Assembly: GCA_002340765.1 (NCBI GenBank)
Contig: DDMS01000025.1
Location: forward strand, 1,692 to 65,691
Origin: Flavobacteriaceae bacterium UBA2540
GTDB lineage: Bacteria; Bacteroidota; Bacteroidia; Flavobacteriales; Flavobacteriaceae
Length of the DNA: 64,000 nt
Direction of reading: 5' to 3'
This document shows positions 61,160 to 64,000 of this stretch, in pieces (positions within the stretch are counted from its first letter, which is position 1; each line of letters starts with the position of its first letter). The translations under genes were made by a program, and so were the position numbers. Below the pieces are notes generated by a model that saw only the letters and a program-made list of their open reading frames with translations, did not search any database and was not told the origin of the DNA.

Positions 61160-62086
61160 TTATTCATTCTGAATCATTTTTTTACCTTTCTCTAAAGCAA
61201 TATTTTTCTCAAATTTGTTATAAATGATAAGTATTATGAGACCAAATGTAATCGCTGAAATAATTAATACAGTGTTTAGCAATCCAGTTACTGAAAACGA
61301 AATTCGCAGCAAAATAGTAGAAATGATAAATCCAGAGTTTCTGAAAACTTTGTGAAATTCATCTGTATGAAAAAATGAGAATAAAAGTAAAATTACATCA
61401 GTAATTATCAAGATTGAAAAAAACTGTTCAAAAAAGATATTATTGATGTTTGTGAAAGAAATATTTGAATCGGTATTTACGCCTATTGAAGAGTAAGACC
61501 AATTAGTAAACGAATAAATGGTTACAAAAAAGACTACAGGCACTAATAAAGTTGCCAATATTTGTTTGAATTTAATAAACCTTGCAATACCCTCTTTCTT
61601 TAGTTCATCATTATCATAATTGTATCTTTTTTTACTTTGAATATAGAATTGATAAATCAGAAAAAACAGCAATAATGATGCAATAATATCATAAGTAAAC
61701 TGCAAATCATACTTGATAGTAAACCATTCAGATGAAAGTGTTAAGTTAGAAAGGTCTTTAAAAATTCGTCTAATAATAATAAGTGAGATAATTTCGTATT
61801 GTTTACTTATATAAATAGTGAATGATTTTGGGAGATAGTAAATCAATAAATACACTTCATAGACAAGAATAAATGAGAATGGTGTATAAATTGCAGCGAT
61901 AGGATTTGTCAATAAATCCGAAGATTCAGCGAGTACAATATATCCAAAATCGACTAAAAAAATAATCAATAAGTGTATTAAAAAACTCGCGATAGAAATG
62001 ATTAAGATGATTTTTTCGGTTTTTTTTCGAGTAACATCGGATAAAAACTTTTTGTAAAGCAATTCGTAATATTTATTAAATTCCAT
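61160..62086 (-). CDS. hypothetical integral membrane protein
   Basis: About 8 TM segments; AIYTPFSFILVYEVY, KQYEII, FRNSGFIISTIL; ATG 62086 likely. Confidence 0.75.
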   Translation of the reverse strand: MEFNKYYELLYKKFLSDVTRKKTEKIILIISIASFLIHLLIIFLVDFGYIVLAESSDLLTNPIAAIYTPFSFILVYEVYLLIYYLPKSFTIYISKQYEIISLIIIRRIFKDLSNLTLSSEWFTIKYDLQFTYDIIASLLLFFLIYQFYIQSKKRYNYDNDELKKEGIARFIKFKQILATLLVPVVFFVTIYSFTNWSYSSIGVNTDSNISFTNINNIFFEQFFSILIITDVILLLFSFFHTDEFHKVFRNSGFIISTILLRISFSVTGLLNTVLIISAITFGLIILIIYNKFEKNIALEKGKKMIQNE

Positions 62087-62133
62087 ATAAAAAAAATTAT
62101 ATTCCAAATGTAAACATAAAAACAATAACTTTT

Positions 62134-62901
62134 TTATTTATGTCTAAACCAACAATCTAAGCGTTTGTTTTCGTATTCTTTAAAAATAGTATTTACAGGT
62201 TTTCCATGAATCAATTGATTGTTAAATTGTGTTCTTGCCAAATAATTAAAAGCACCCATATCGCCAGTAAAAGCGGTTTTATTTTCGGAATTGTAGTTTT
62301 TATGAATGTCACACAGTTTCTGAACAAAATCAAAGAAAATAGTGATTTCACCACCAATAATTCCGCAGTTTAAAAGTGAAGCATTCTTAAACTTTTCTTC
62401 ATAATCAGCATACTCTTTAATTGTTTTTCTAAAGTGAAAACTGTGGCTTTTCATCCAATCATTGTCAAGAATTTTGGGTTCGTCACCACAAAAAATCGCA
62501 GTTGGATTTTCAATAAAATAAGATTCTATAAAAGGATTTTTAATAAGAGTAACATCAGAAACATCTGTTACAAAAACATTCTTGATAAGATTTAGATGTT
62601 TTTCTAAAAAATCTTTGTAAACAAAATAACGAAATGCGTTTGGATTGAACTTTGGATTGTAGGCTATTTTAATAAAAGAAATATACTCATTTTGATATTT
62701 TTTGCAGGTTTTTTCGATGAAGTTATTGTGAAAAATAATCCCTTGAAGTTTAGCATTTGCTACAGATTCTGCCCAATTTCGAACCAACTCATAATTGTCA
62801 TGCGCAAGTGTTGTACTCCTGTTTACGTCATATACTCCAGTAATATGACAAGCCAAAAGTATATTTGAATTTGGAGCTAAACTAGGTTTTGTAACAGCCA
62901 T
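62134..62901 (-). CDS. putative GT-A fold glycosyltransferase-like protein
   Basis: VFVTDVSDV (DxxD), LLNCGIIGG, GDMGAFN, terminal WFRHK; coupled to the GT2 gene. Confidence 0.55.
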   Translation of the reverse strand: MAVTKPSLAPNSNILLACHITGVYDVNRSTTLAHDNYELVRNWAESVANAKLQGIIFHNNFIEKTCKKYQNEYISFIKIAYNPKFNPNAFRYFVYKDFLEKHLNLIKNVFVTDVSDVTLIKNPFIESYFIENPTAIFCGDEPKILDNDWMKSHSFHFRKTIKEYADYEEKFKNASLLNCGIIGGEITIFFDFVQKLCDIHKNYNSENKTAFTGDMGAFNYLARTQFNNQLIHGKPVNTIFKEYENKRLDCWFRHK

Positions 62902-63551
62902 TAATTCACATTTGAAATTTGCTTTTTAAGTGTCGAGCAAATACTATTTGGCATATTTCTATAATAAATATAAGTTCTAAGATTTACTTTTTTAACCAAA
63001 AATTGTTTCTTAGCTCGTTCATAAAAATCAGCATCCGCGGCAAAACCATTTTTAAATTTAATGATTTCAAATACTTTTTTTCGTCCAAACAAAGTACCAA
63101 AAAGAATTCCGTCATCTAAATGAATCAATTTTGTATGATCATTTTTATCAGGAACAAAATAATCTTCGATTGAACCAACAATTGTTTCTGTTGTAGAACA
63201 AATCAAATCGACGTTTTCGATTTCTTGCAAACAGGAACTTAAATGTTGGGGTTTATATTCGTCATCGCTATCAATAATGGTGATAAATTCGCCAACACTA
63301 TTCAAAACTCCACGATTTATAGATGCCGATTGACCACGATTGCTGTGTCTGATATAAATTATTTTATTTTCATGTTTTTCAACATATTTTAATAAAGATT
63401 TACGATTTGAATCATTGCTACCATCATCAATAATAATGAGTTCAAAGTCATTAAAATCTTGTTGTAAAACGGAATCTATAGCTCTTTTGATATGAGAAAA
63501 ATCGGTATTATACAGAGCCATTAACACCGATATTTTTACTTTTTTTAGCAT
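62901..63551 (-). CDS. glycosyltransferase family 2
   Basis: ISVLMALYN, IIDDGSND, NRGQSASINRG, IDSDD motifs. Confidence 0.92.
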   Translation of the reverse strand: MLKKVKISVLMALYNTDFSHIKRAIDSVLQQDFNDFELIIIDDGSNDSNRKSLLKYVEKHENKIIYIRHSNRGQSASINRGVLNSVGEFITIIDSDDEYKPQHLSSCLQEIENVDLICSTTETIVGSIEDYFVPDKNDHTKLIHLDDGILFGTLFGRKKVFEIIKFKNGFAADADFYERAKKQFLVKKVNLRTYIYYRNMPNSICSTLKKQISNVN

Positions 63552-63725
63552 TTTTCCTTGTAAAAACAATTTTTGCAAAGATAAAGAAAGACTTACGAAC
63601 AGCTATTGATTTAAGGTATTTATAATTTTAATTTTTAATCAAATAATTGTTTTGTTAAAGTAAATTTGTTTAAAAAGGTAAATAGAAATTTTATGACCTG
63701 ATTAGTTGTTTTAACTATCAAAACA

Positions 63726-64000
63726 TCACTCTAAACTCTTTTGCCCATTCAACATCAAAAATGCTTTCAAAAACTGACCAATATTACCATCCATGACCGC
63801 ATCAACATTGCCTGTTTCGTGAGCTGTTCTAACATCTTTTACCAATTTATAAGGATGCATCACATAATTGCGAATCTGACTTCCCCATTCGTTTTTCATT
63901 TTGTTAGCTTCAATATCATCTCTGGCAGCTTGTTGTTTTTTAAGCTCAATTTCATACAATTGCGACTTCAACATTTGCATAGCAGTTGCTCTGTTATCAT
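63726..64000 (-). CDS. prfB: peptide chain release factor 2, 3' end (partial)
   Basis: WGSQIRNYVMHPYKLVKDVRT...VMDG, the RF2 C-terminus; runs off the window end. Confidence 0.95.
   Translation of the reverse strand, partial: DNRATAMQMLKSQLYEIELKKQQAARDDIEANKMKNEWGSQIRNYVMHPYKLVKDVRTAHETGNVDAVMDGNIGQFLKAFLMLNGQKSLE

Overview
AT-rich bacterial chromosome segment from a Flavobacteriaceae member (Polaribacter/Tenacibaculum-like, judged from gene content, protein sequences and TAnnTTTG promoters). It is mostly housekeeping genes (pheT, pyrD, oxyR, pcm, menF-like, aroK, rdgB, rlmH, nadC, hisS, folE, secA, fumC, prfB 3' end, tRNA-Leu). Several features are missing from the ORF track: a FecA-like TonB receptor with two Fur-box-like palindromes, a 45-aa lipoprotein, and eroded relics (dps, tRNA-Lys, LpxH-like phosphoesterase, type IIG R-M C-terminus, four-helix-bundle gene). 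Truncated XRE and IS1182 genes are also present. The most notable region is ~48.1-51.4 kb. There, a three-lipoprotein operon (YHYH protein, MORN/YwqK-like protein, SCO Cu chaperone) is bounded by 14/16-matching inverted core sites and followed by an attC-like imperfect hairpin. It looks like an integron-type gene cassette with no integrase in the window, and an IS1182 end abuts its GTT core. Other recurring non-coding structure includes inverted 7/8-mer tandem arrays between co-oriented housekeeping genes (one set flanks the four-helix-bundle pseudogene) and a dispersed 16-bp terminal motif of a REP-carrying MITE-like element. All calls come from reading the sequence; no database searches were run.
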